Source: Trichoplax adhaerens
Lineage: Eukaryota; Animalia; Placozoa
Assembly (NCBI RefSeq): GCF_000150275.1
Contig: NW_002060952.1
Coordinates: 1,912,260-1,976,259, forward strand
DNA length: 64,000 bases
Reading direction: 5' to 3'
Shown here: positions 12,148 through 24,971 of the stretch, piece after piece
Layout of the letters: the number at the start of each line of letters is the position of its first letter
Numbering within the stretch: position 1 is the stretch's first letter
Translations under genes and position numbers: made by a program
Notes under the pieces: model-generated
What the model saw: only the letters and a program-made list of their open reading frames with translations
Told to the model about the DNA's origin: nothing
Databases searched by the model: none

Positions 12148-15100
12148 TTAAAAATTTTCTTTGCGAAATTCAAAGCCGTATTTCTGACAGTAAGATTTTA
12201 GTAGACTGCCTAGCTGATGTGAACCGCAGAAAAATACTGATACTTTTCCATGGTTGGATTGGCTTAAACTATCAAATACCTAGTATAACAGATAAAAATA
12301 TCATATTAGTAACAAAGTCTGCATCCTTAATGTTATTTATTGTTAAAGTTGTGAAAGTTACCTGATTCCAATCAGGCCTACCAGCTTCTGTTTTCGTTCT
12401 TAAGCCAGTAATTAAATCTTTCTCACTTTTCTTATGAATTAAATCGAGGGCCATCTGTAAACCAATGGCCTTCATGTCAGTTTTTCTCAATGCTGAGGTC
12501 ATGTACATATGCATATCTAAGAGATGATTTAAATTTCCATCTTCTGTTTGTTCAATTTCAAGTTGGCTTAATAAGCTAATAAACCATTCAAATGCCTTTT
12601 GATCTCGATTGATCCAAAAAAAATCGACCTAAATTATAAAATTTTGCATGGAATATTAAATTCACATGCTGGAGTTGCAACTAAGATTTCATATTTCTAT
12701 GCACATAGATTGCATCTGATGCATTTACATTTTACAACACCTTTATGATATAGAAAATGAAGATACAAATGATATTCCATGTTGCTTTATGTAAATCTAT
12801 GATATAGAAGTGGCACCTTTTTTAGGTTCATAACTGATGATGGCAGTTTATCAGTCCAAGTATAATTGCACTGAGGGCAAACTTGTCTTGCTGCACTTCG
12901 ATATCGGAATATGATACTCTGTAAAATAGACGCAAATGGAGTAACTCCTATTCCAGCACCGATTAAAACTGCGTGATCCGCTTGAAAGATATGTGTACTC
13001 GGTGTACCATAAGGACCATCAATAAATACCTATATAAAATATAATAATTACGCTTAAGAGATTCTCACTTATGTACAATAAGACACATTTCTATTTGGAT
13101 CTGCTATTTATTCCGAAGGCCCATTCTTTAGTGATATATTTATGAATTCGAAATTAAATTACGGTTCTTACTTCAACTTTTGTCCCAACAACGCTTTTCC
13201 TTGCAGATCGACGTCGCTGGAAATCACGAATCTCGTAGTCTTCTGGTATGGCAATACTCACTTGCCTCTTTCTCATTTCTCCAGAATTAGGACAGACTGG
13301 TTTTAGGATCCCGTTATTAGTGCCATTCCCAGCAGCGAGCTGTTGGCCTGAATTAGTAGCACTACCAACTCCGCCATCATTTTGCAACGGAACTGCCACA
13401 ATAAGATCATCTTGAATAGCTGACATCCTTTGCAACGAGTTAGGTACTCGTTTTGCTGCTATTGCAGGATCTCCAGAAAATTTAACTGAAGACTGACTAG
13501 CTGTAGAAAACTTCCTGTCTAAGCTGTTGGCACGGTTAACATTAATTGATGACATCGACCTCACTGATCCTCTATTTTGATCTAAGGAATTCAATTCAAT
13601 ACCGAATGAAGTAGCTACAGGCGATGGACCGGGTGATTGAGCAGGAGATGGTTGTGTAGAAATAACCGGAGTATAAATCTTTGAAGGCAGTTGAGAATAT
13701 CGAATTGGTGCCACTGGTGATGGAGCATCAGAATGAACCGGTGATGGAGCTGCAGAATTAACAGCCGAATGGGCAGGAGAAGGCATTGGCGAAAAAACTT
13801 GCATCTCTTTCTCTACTGCTGCCTCGATAGGGCCTAATATATCTTCGCGAGCTAAATCGCTGACTGCTTCACTTCGAGTTCTCCTGACTTTGAGATGTTT
13901 TTTATTTGCCTTTTGATCACTGATATCCACACTGCTACTTCTTGTTCGATCTTGCCGATGCGTAGGCGATAATGGTGTTGTTTCTAGGGCCTCATTTTGA
14001 TTTTCATCATCGGCGGTGAATGCGGCGTTATCAATGCCATAACTAGCAATTTCTACTGCTTCTGATTTCATATTTTTAAATCCGTTTCTGTCGGAAAATT
14101 TTGGCGTTCCTATTGTACTTTCGTTAAATGATGAATTACGACTATTGCCAGTATTCGTTTCTGTCATATCAAAACTTCTTAAAGACGAATTTGTACTCAT
14201 GAATGAATTCATCGCCCGGCTTCCTTTGGAGAATTTGCTTTCTCTCTACAAATAATGAGTAAAACCCATGATATTATTAAAATATTCCAGCACTATTTGT
14301 TTCTCTATCAATAAAGTACCGTAATAGAATATAACGAATAGATATGATATCATATAATGATAGCTATTTACCTTCGGAATTTTAGGCGACAATAAAGGTG
14401 GAACATCACTACCAGCTTCGACGTGCTTTCGTTCAAAATATTCATACAGCCTTGTTGTCCAGGTGCCAACTGATCTAACATGGAACCATAATGTATGCTT
14501 TTGCTCTGGTGCACTACTAATTGTAAAAGGATGCCATTCAGCGTATTTAGCAATCGCAGGAATTTGCAGGAAGGCATAGTCTCCAGGCTGAAAGTGAAAG
14601 TTACTCGGCCTATTGATAACTAAATGTGTTACCTAGATAAAAATATACATGCACAAGTATTTATTTATTATATTAAAATAGCATAAAATGATTTAACCGT
14701 AATCCAAAACAATTTTAATTAAAGTTGAAGCTATCAAATAATACATTCCTATATGTAACGATAGAAAAATCAATGTTATACTTTTAGGTAATTCAATCTA
14801 CATATATTTTAATCCTTATATTAAGGATCAATTACCTTGGAAGGTAGCATATTGGCTGCAATAATATATGTTCTACCATATCTCGCTAATTTAACGAATT
14901 TGGAACGATAAATTCTCTCTAAAACATAGATGGATCCAGGTACAATAAACCAATGCCAAAAATTAGGACAATGTATTATCAGTAAAGCAAACCAAGGTAC
15001 AAATAATAAATGCGTCCAATAAAAAACCTATATGCGATCAGAAATTAATTAATCATACTGTCTAAAACACAACAATGTTGAAATATGATTATTGGCTATA

Positions 15101-18100
15101 CGCTCCTCACCTGAAAATAACCTTTCCGCCTGACGAATGGCATAGAGCATATAATCATAACTAACAAGATAATAACTAAGGGATAGCCAGTTATGTAAGC
15201 AGTTCCACCAACCCAACCAATTTTGTACTTGGTTGTAAATAAGACATCAACAGCACTGCGATTGTTTGGAGGATCTGGTAAAACTGATGATAGGAAAATA
15301 AAATACAAAATCGTCAAGTTATTACTGATTTAATTAAAATTTGAATCATTTTCAAACACTTTAACATGCAATAATATCTTAGGAGGTTCAAAATTTTGGG
15401 CCATATAACTACGAATAATGTGTTAACAACACTGCCTATTGCAGTACTTAACCGATGTAATCATAATTATAAAGTCTATCATCAGTTCTATTGAATTGTA
15501 TCGATATCAGAATTTCGATTATAATTTATCCATTAAGTTCATACTAACCAACATTAAAGACATGAGCAACAGTATGTACCAAGGCAAAGAATCCGATAAC
15601 AATTCCAGTCATTTTATGAAAATCAATATGTTGATCAATTGGCAAATAAGAGCCTAAAGTCGTTGATCTAATAATAGTTAAAGTTTTCCTTAACATCAAA
15701 ACCATAATAAATGTGCAATTAAAGTTTAAGCATAAGCCACAACCACGCGCTATCTTGATCCAAATATTTTTCTCTCGCTGCTGGTAAACAGCAAATCCAA
15801 ATAAACCAAAATTAGTCAACCAATAAACAATCATAAATAATGTGATACTCAAGTTGTTACGAATATAACGCAAGGTTAAATAATACGGGTAAATTTGTTT
15901 TAAAGAATTTTTCTTTTTTTTCGGTGGTGGTTTAAGCCAATTGGCAGCACTAATAGTGGATAAAGTTAATTTATAAGACATTTTTTCTATTTACAAGTAA
16001 ATTAAACTCAATAACATATGAATACATGTACATCATGCTACATTATTCGATCCCATATTATGTATTATACGAATATATTAAAAACTGACGATAACATTAG
16101 TTCTCATTTTTAACACCCAGCATAACTGTATTGATCTGATTAAAGTATCCTAACTATCCTTTAAATTGTTCGCAAATAGTAAAGAAATGATAGAGTAGAT
16201 TCACACAAATACATCAGAAAAATTATCCTCGGAAATACGGTAGTTGCTTTTTATCTTCCCTTAAAGTAACTACAGCGAATGTACGCATACGTTGTAATAG
16301 GGACACTGTAAGATCTCTACATTATATATCATTTTGGCTACCGAAATTTAAAGGATAATAAATAACTTTCATACGTGTATGGAATTAAATCTACAATATA
16401 ACCTAATGACGTACCTAATCGTTAAATTTTCGATGACACCAGGGTGTTTCTGTAATTCTCCTTCTAATTCTTCGTAGGTTATGGTGCCACTACCGTCAGC
16501 ATCAGCGCTCTCGAACAACGCCTGCGTTAATGCATTCAAGTTCGATTCACTAAATTCTAGAGAACTTTCACTTATGCAGGACTGAAGAACTGTCTTTAAC
16601 TCAAAAGGATCAATAAATCCATTACCTAATCGAGAATATTTTTAAAATAACTTCAAAATGAATTCTATAACTTTTCGAAATGTTATTCCTACTAATTGCT
16701 CTTTAAATCATAACCTTATGCCCAAGCTTACTCTTTAGATAAACGGGAGCTACAGTTTAAGTATTGATAAGAAATAAGCGGAAATATTTTAAGCGTTAAT
16801 CTCTGTACGTACCGTCAACATCATAAACTTTGAACAAAAATCTTAGTTTCTCCGAATTATCGCCACTTGTTAATTTATTTAATCCGCCCATTAACTCATT
16901 CAGACTGATAGTACCACTACCATCTTCATCAAACAGCTGAAAGAAGCGTTCTGCGAAGAAAGACTAAAGGTACCAAAAAATGAATATAAAACAGTGTTGG
17001 ACTAAGTATTTCTCACTTTCTAAACTGGAGTAAGGCAATGATTCAGTTTAAATTTGAATCTATTTTATGGTGACGAATCTAGTGAAGAATTATGATATTT
17101 AATGTAAGATATATGTTTTGCTGCTTTACTTTACCTTATCTGATCAAAACTGTTTAGTAATTGACAGTCTAGCTAAAATAGGAAATTATCGTACCTCCTT
17201 AACATTCAAGGCATTTTTAAATTCTACTATATTGATTTGCCGATCTTCACCAGCTACGGCAGCAAATTGCTGTTCAAACCAACTAAGCCATTTTGCATCT
17301 CTATCCAGACTATAATAATTAGTTTACAAGAATCAATAAATTACCCCATCTGATATTTATAACTACCTGACTTGATAACGCATAAATTATTACATCTTTT
17401 AAGATATACGCATAAAACATGAGTTAGCAATAACTACGAGAAAAAGATGTTGTAATAGTAAAGACGTCAGTAAATGGTTTACCATGTTAACTTTTCCAAG
17501 CTTCCAATTAATTTCTGGAAAGCTACGCGGCCACTGTTATCACCATCTAGCAGGTAGAAAAATCGCTCAAGGAACTGTAATGAACATTATAAAATTAGTT
17601 AAGTATCTAATTTTCGATTTTAACCATATTGTAAAATCGAATGTGAGTAATTAAGTATCACAATGACAAAGTCAATAATCTCTAGTTTTTAAGAACGAGA
17701 AATTTATTTCGAAAATAGTTTTAACCTTACCCCTCTGCTAGTAATCGCTTTTTTGAACTGGCTGTGATCAATATTTTCGTCATCATCACAGACTGCTGTG
17801 AAGGAATTCTTAAACCATTCTAATTTCTTCTTTCGACTATAAATTTACATGGAAATAAAATGGAATACGGGTTAAATTTAATGATTAATGGTATCAATGG
17901 TAATGAGATTTTTCAGCGTAAGCAATAACAAAACCAAAGGAAGAAATGATTGATCTAACTAAATTAATTTGTCTCATTAGCAAACTCAGTATGGTAAAAC
18001 TTGACGTTCGCTTTATAACGAACACCTTAAATCTAAATGTTATTATTACCGGTGTAAAAAGTAAAAATGGATCAGAGGCGACTATTACTAGTCTATTAGT

Positions 18101-21100
18101 ACCGGCACCGAATTAAAAGGTTCAGACTCCTTGTCAATATTAAAATTTTCTCTACAATTATAGGTAAATATTCTGTTTAATTACAATATTAACAGGATGC
18201 TGTAGATCAGTATGTACAGTAAATAACCGAAATTTTATTAAAATATGAAGGAAAAATGGCGTTAGTAGTCAAAATAATTTTGTTCATGTCGAAATGACGG
18301 CAAATATGATAATTGAATTGATAGAGGATGTGAGTACCATTGAAATTTGTACACATTAACATAATAAGTGATTGTAGTGCTGTCGAGAGAACTGCGTGTA
18401 TAGATAGATATACTTATAGGACGTGGCAGGATATTAGATTGCGACAAGAAATAATATTTAATAACATACAGTACTATTAACTAGTCACTGCTTAAATGCT
18501 AGCAAATAGTGGTATTGTATTAAATCCGAAAAGCATTTCCCGTATTGTCAAAAACCATTTGAGGAAACTTTTAACATAATATTAATGCATTTAATTTTCA
18601 TTTAAAATTGACTGTTAGCTATAAAGTAAGCAAGTATTTCATTCATGAAATTTCTAGATATCATAAGATTTTTCACTAGTATTGGAGTCAAGGCCTCAAA
18701 AATACCAGATTGAATGTACACTATTATCAGCGATATGCTATCAAAGATTAATTATTTTTAATGCTGCTTAATATTATGCTGTACTAAGATTACGCATAGC
18801 AAATATTGCTATAATTCTTTAAAAGTAGTTAATGAATGGATATCCGAATTATTTATGAAAGTGCATAATAAATTTAAGTACCGAGCCAGCTCTTTACGTA
18901 TCATCGATAGCAGCAGCATATCCAATTTACTACACTCAATATTACGTACTGGTAATTAGTAAAAATCTTTTTTTAACGTATAACATTATTCAATGGATGC
19001 AATAGCAACAAGCCGATTACACTTAACGTAGAATATAACCTTATCAGAAAATATTAAATTTAAAATTATTCATGACTCAACTTAAGCCTATTTTCTAGCA
19101 GCTTTGGGTAGAACGAGTGTTTATGTTACTTCTAAAATTCGAACCCCGGCTATTATGTGTAATAACCATGTATAAAATCTCTCTTAATATGACTAAGATT
19201 ACACTTAAAACATTGGCATAGCCGGTTAATGCTGGAAATTCTTATGTTTTACTCTTAATTTGAACTTTAGCCAGATGATTTATATTCGTCTATAGTAATA
19301 ATTAAAGACTATTACTTGGTCATTACAATAACTCAACTTATCCCTGTTTTCTAACAGCTTTACGTAGAATAATGTGGAACGTTATGTTTATGATCCGATA
19401 AATATACATCGTAATTATTTTAAAGGAACGATTTTTCAGCTAAAAAACGGATAGAGTTGAGATCTGATAACAGTTTTTCCGGTAGATTTTAATTGTGGTA
19501 TTAATATAAATCGATGCCATAAAGGAAGAATTTGGCGTCATTAGGCTATTTCTTCATCAATTCGTAAAATGAGATCGTAGATCTAATTATTTCTAATTTT
19601 CTGTAGTCACTCAATTTTAACAACTTCAGTCATAAACAAATAATTTGAGAACAATAAAAACTGTTATTGTATTTTCTTCTTAATTTATATTTATGCCTTC
19701 ATTAAAACAAAATCTTTGAAGATTTATTAGATACTCTACCGACAAGTGCGACAAGCAATTTCTAACTGCATTACTAGGTAGTTCTATTTACAGTATACCA
19801 TTCAGCTATGCCCCTCTAGCTATTTATTCCGATATAATATCATCATTAACTCTATCCAATTAGGTAAACAACAACTATTCATTTAAATTCATAGAATATT
19901 CATCCTCAAAGTCATAGAATTCCCATTCTCATCATGTATAATTGACTTTTTACCACTATCTTGTGTAAAATAATAGCACAACACAAAGAAGTTCAAGGGA
20001 TAAAATAGGTGAAGAATTGAAATATTGCTGATAGCAAAGTAGCATCTTTCATTCTAAAGAGGGAAAGATAATAAAGAAATATATTCGCACCTTTTCGCCT
20101 AAAGTAGCCGCATTATTTTATAAATAAGCTTCCGAAACAATATTAAGAAATATTGAAGTACAACTACCGATCATGACTAAGAATTAAATACACCTTCATA
20201 AACTCCTCAGTCGTAGCGATAATGGCTGAGATCTAACTTTTATCGGTGCATACCAATGTCAAGTAGCATTCAATTTATCCGTAACAGACGATAATTCACG
20301 TATTTCTAAGCAAACCTAATATCTATTAAAGTTAATAGATATTCCAATAAACTGATATAACAAAGGTTGCTTTATGACTGCAAGAGATATTTTTAACTGG
20401 ATTCATCAAATTGATATTAAGTTAACCTAAATCTTAATGTGACTTTAACAAAGATCTTTTTATATAGCTAGAATAGATGCCATGATCGATTTTGATGAAG
20501 AGCGACGTGATCTTTTGCAAGAACTAATAAGTATTATCATTGGATGTAGTATAATACTTATGTAATTATACTTAACGAGGTTAAGCTAATGCAGGTTGCT
20601 CAAGATCAAATGAAGATATTTATAAACTAGAAGAAATCTATCATATCGTTTTATAACACAGGATCCTTAAATCATATAATAAAATATTCGTACAAAATTG
20701 ACAAAGAAACGTGTAACTTGTCATTCTTTAAATAAACTTTATCAAAAGTGCTGATTTATCCAAGCTGTTATCCGCTACACTATAGAAAGCATAACTCAAT
20801 GTACTTTATTCAATTTTATCACGGACCTACTAATCCGTAGACTATTTCCGATCATTCTGTGTCTTGTAGCAAAGGTAATAACTATCTAATCAGTTTTGAT
20901 CATGAATACAGTATCGCTATGATTAAAATAAATTTTATCGCTATTGTATTTCTGAATAAGCCACTAACTTAGACTTCATAATATCTATTTTTCAAGAATT
21001 ACATGATTTGGTTTGATAGTTTAGACACGATCTAAACTGCTACGTCATCCAACTTTTTACATCTTATCCTTTAAAGAATGTGATGCGTTGAATTCAAAAT

Positions 21101-24100
21101 GTTTAAAATATATTCAATTCTTCTGTGTAGTACTTGCATAGTAATATCAATATACGGTAGTAGGATTTATAAATTGATATTTCTGTAATGAACAGGCTCA
21201 TATTATAAATTATACTATTAACCAACTATCAAATAAAAGTAAATGTAATAGCTACGAAATTTTGTTTCATAATAGACAATCATTTATCTTTCAGGGTTAA
21301 TTACTAAATATCGAAAGAGATTGCATATGTAAAATGATAGGACGATAAAGGCCATTCAAAAAGTTTAAAATAAATTTAGAGTTCTTGTTTTTTTTTTGAC
21401 ACGCTGTTCAAATAACCTCTAGTAATATAACAAAGTAGCCATAAAGATAAATGGAATATTTTCAAAAAACTATTATATTAAAATGAAATCAGGTCACATA
21501 TTAATCACAATGGCTTCAGGTGGTAAATTTGCTAGAGAAAAAATATATTTAGGTATAATTTCAGCTTTACTTTGATAAAACATTGATTTTAAGACCTAAC
21601 ATGGTAATCAATGTTATCGGATTTTGGATCATTGTTATTTCCTATTTCCAATAACTATCCTTAAATTAGCTTTTGATGTAGATAATCAAAATTTTTACCA
21701 TTACCTTGAACTACAGAAGAATAAGGGATTGTTGTGTAAGGGCAGTCAACTTTGAAAATAGGTTAGATATTTAAGACATTGCCCCACAATAGTAGTAATG
21801 AATTGTAAATGGGAGAAAAAAATAATCATTCCAAATAAAAATTACTTTAGGTATTATATCACTATGATGACGACACAGCCTCAAGTAAGAAAGAAGGCAC
21901 CCACGTAGACAGATGGCAGCATTACTATTACAATGTAAAATGGTTCATTAAGATTTGGATTAAGTAGAGAGGCAAAAACACCCCTGCATGCCTATTACTT
22001 TCCTTTTTACTAGTATAACGGATTTACTATTAAATCTGAAAATTATCTCCTATCACTTCTACTAAACATCTCTTATGATTAGAAAAATCTGCTACTAGGC
22101 TTAATCATCGATTGCTCTCATAACATAATGTAGGGATAAGAATGATTCAGATCCTTAGTTAAGCCAGATGTAATAGTAACAGAAGAAAAAAAAGAACTGC
22201 CTCATAGCGGAGTAATACAAAAAAGGTTTACTAGAACTGAATATCTTCAGCACAGAGTCAACTGGCAGCTCTAATAGTACCGTAGCTTTTTAAATAAAAT
22301 ACCCAGCGATTATGTTAATCTGTAATACCTAGGTTCAATCTATTCTCAAATTGAACTAGGGATGTAAGCTGAAATGATTTTTGTGACAAACTGAAATCTT
22401 GTCATCTCTACTATTTACGACACTTTCTACATTAATTAATTAAGAAATGACGTATTTATTATTATTGTTTAAAGAGATGTTGACAACAACATTATTAGAT
22501 CTATCTGGAAATTAATTTAATTACTGTATTCTACTTCCATTAGAAATTATTCTAGTGATTTAATTCATTATGATGTTTTATAATAAAAAAATAACGATGA
22601 CCTATTTGTAACGCGCGTCAACAGGGTAGTTTTATGTCAGCATTCGAGATCTTTCCGAAGCTATTAGCCCACCTACATATTCAAATTATTAGTTACGTAA
22701 CAAATGCCGCGAAAATGTACGTAATGTAAAATGAATCATTAACTTGGTATGAAAAAAGATTGTGTTAGCTATTCAAGATATCTTATAGCTATAACATAGC
22801 ACTAATTCGATATAAACTCCAAATGAATAGCTCCCAGTTTAAATTGTAGTGTCGAGTATGAAACTTTGAGTAATGATGGATATTACATTCGAATTTAATA
22901 TCAAAAATGCTAATCCAATCTAAATAGACTGCCATCATAATCATTAAAGCACTTTATAATGATCAATAAAAGTAAATATCAAGCAATTAGTGTGACAATT
23001 AGATACATATCAAATAGATCGGTGAAACAACAGATGACTTATTAATTTCTATTTTTTGCCTCATTTTCACCACAATTTAAATGATGCCCTAAACGACATT
23101 TAATCAATTGAATTTTCTCTATTTATGTATAAAATGATCTAACCTTAGCTCCTACTAGAGAATACTCCGATTATCTTTGTAATCGCGTTACAAACGATAT
23201 TAAGTTTAAGAAACTTACTCTGTCAACTTTGCAATTCCTCCAATGACCTCTTGTAAAGTAACGGTCTTGTTACCATCTGATGCAAACATTCGAAATAATT
23301 GATGAGAAAACCCCTAAAAGTAACATATAATGTGTTACACATCATCTACGAATTCTTTAACTGAGTAATCTAAATTATATTGTTAAACGTACTTTTGATA
23401 TTTATTTGCATTTAGTCAATAACGTAAAGTAATACATCATAATTAAAAATGAACATTGCGAATGTATTCTATCGATAGAGAATCGTACAATGTCAGAACT
23501 ATCCTATCACGAAAGTAAAATATACACCAAAAGTACAGATATTATAGGCTTAACAATATTTTTTAATATTCGGAATAGTATGCTTGCCACATTTAGCCAT
23601 TATGGGCCAGTAAGGGGATGATATTATAAGGTGAAAAATACTTTATTTTACGAACGTAACCTGAGATAATAAAAAGTATAATCAAGTTCATCCTTGGATG
23701 AGGTAATGTTCAGTGCTGCTATAGATTTAAACTTTTTCTCAAGCAATACCTTTCCTTTATCGTATCTCGATAGTACAATAAAGGTTATATAGTACAACTG
23801 TAATATTAAAATGTAGTACATTTATTACCTATCATATAGTATAGAGGTACAAAGCAATATTAGATTATCTCAATTTCCATTAATATCGTTTAGTATTGCA
23901 ATAGTTACTGTATCTGAAATTTGATCAAAAAAATAAGTTTGGTTTAGATTTGTGGCATTAATGTCCAAAAAGTCTTAATTTAGATCATTAGCAGCGAGTA
24001 ATAAACTACATAAATGCCAAGTACATAGGAATATGATTAATTCATCATTTTGTTATTTGCCTTTTAATACGCGTATTAGAATTAAAAATCAACCGTCACG

Positions 24101-24971
24101 CGGATTAAATTAAACAACACTTTAAACTCTAAAGTAAATTTGCCTCTAAAGCTATTATTTATATATAGCGAAAAATAGTTCAAGGTCTAGAGTAGTATAT
24201 GGATACTATAATTTTATCACGTATTGATGTTGCAGTTGGTTACCTGTCATGCAAACTATAATTTTATCACTTATTGATGTTGCAGTTGGTTATCTGTACA
24301 TAGATTTTTCAACTAGGCTGCAATTTGTAATTATTTTCTTAGAAGAAACTGTATCCGAATCAAAAATAATCCGGAAGCGAGACGATAGCTTTACTACTAA
24401 AGCTATCGATAAATAAAACAGGTCAAAGTAAACTTAATGGAAACTTTTAATTATACACGAGTAATATAACAAGTCATTTGCCAGCACAAGTGCTGATCGA
24501 AGATGATGATACCAACTAATTCTAGGGAATCTGTAATGTAATATTCTATCACTTCTTGACGTTAACACGTCATAGAAAATCATCTCCAAGTCAACCAATA
24601 AGCATTACCAAAGTTCCCTATCATATTACTATTATGCTATTACTTTATAAATAGCATTAAAAAATGACTAATATCATACCAATGGATTAGCTTACCTCCA
24701 GTTCCAGTCCAGCTTTTTTAAATTGACGAATGGTAAGACGATCATTTTTAGCATATTTCACCAAATTATTGGCAAACCATTCTATAGCTGGGACTTTGAA
24801 GTCAATAGAAAATTGCTTTTTTGAGCCTAGCCTACTTAATGTAGATCTTAAACTCATATTGCTAGGACCTCGAACTACTCTCTTCTTGGGTGTATTTATT
24901 ATTTCCCTATCGAGATTAGATGATGATTCAGGATTAAGAGGTTGAACGGATGCCGATCTTTTCAAATACAT
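12148..24971 (-). CDS. NOX5: Calcium-activated NADPH oxidase NOX5, ~1252 aa, 15 coding exons: 24971-24696, 23313-23219, 17836-17731, 17574-17483, 17309-17195, 16963-16813, 16625-16415, 15949-15549, 15283-15111, 15027-14836, 14632-14372, 14245-13172, 13029-12817, 12628-12362, 12279-12148
   Basis: All introns GT-AG with consistent phase. EF hands DEDGSGTISLNE, DVDGNGFIDPFE and DADGSGTITYEE; ENLTISAANWL followed by polybasic PPKKKK; haem histidines in FHKMTG...HTVAH and YWTH...IIH; FAD motif EWHPFTISS; IDGPYG; NADPH motif GAGIGVTPF; VDFFWINRD; FFCGS; terminal KENF*. The start codon is uncertain; a possible upstream UTR donor lies at ~25230. Confidence 0.93.
24205..24297. repeat. Tandem duplication, 50-bp period, in the first NOX5 coding intron
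   Basis: actataattttatcac(g/t)tattgatgttgcagttggtta(c/t)ctgt at 24205 and 24255. Confidence 0.9.

Noticed and set aside
18049-18152. Possible extra NOX5 exon (acceptor ttgtag, ENFNIDKESEPF...)
   Set aside because: In-frame stops or phase mismatch with the flanking phase-2 junction; at most a UTR exon of a shorter isoform.
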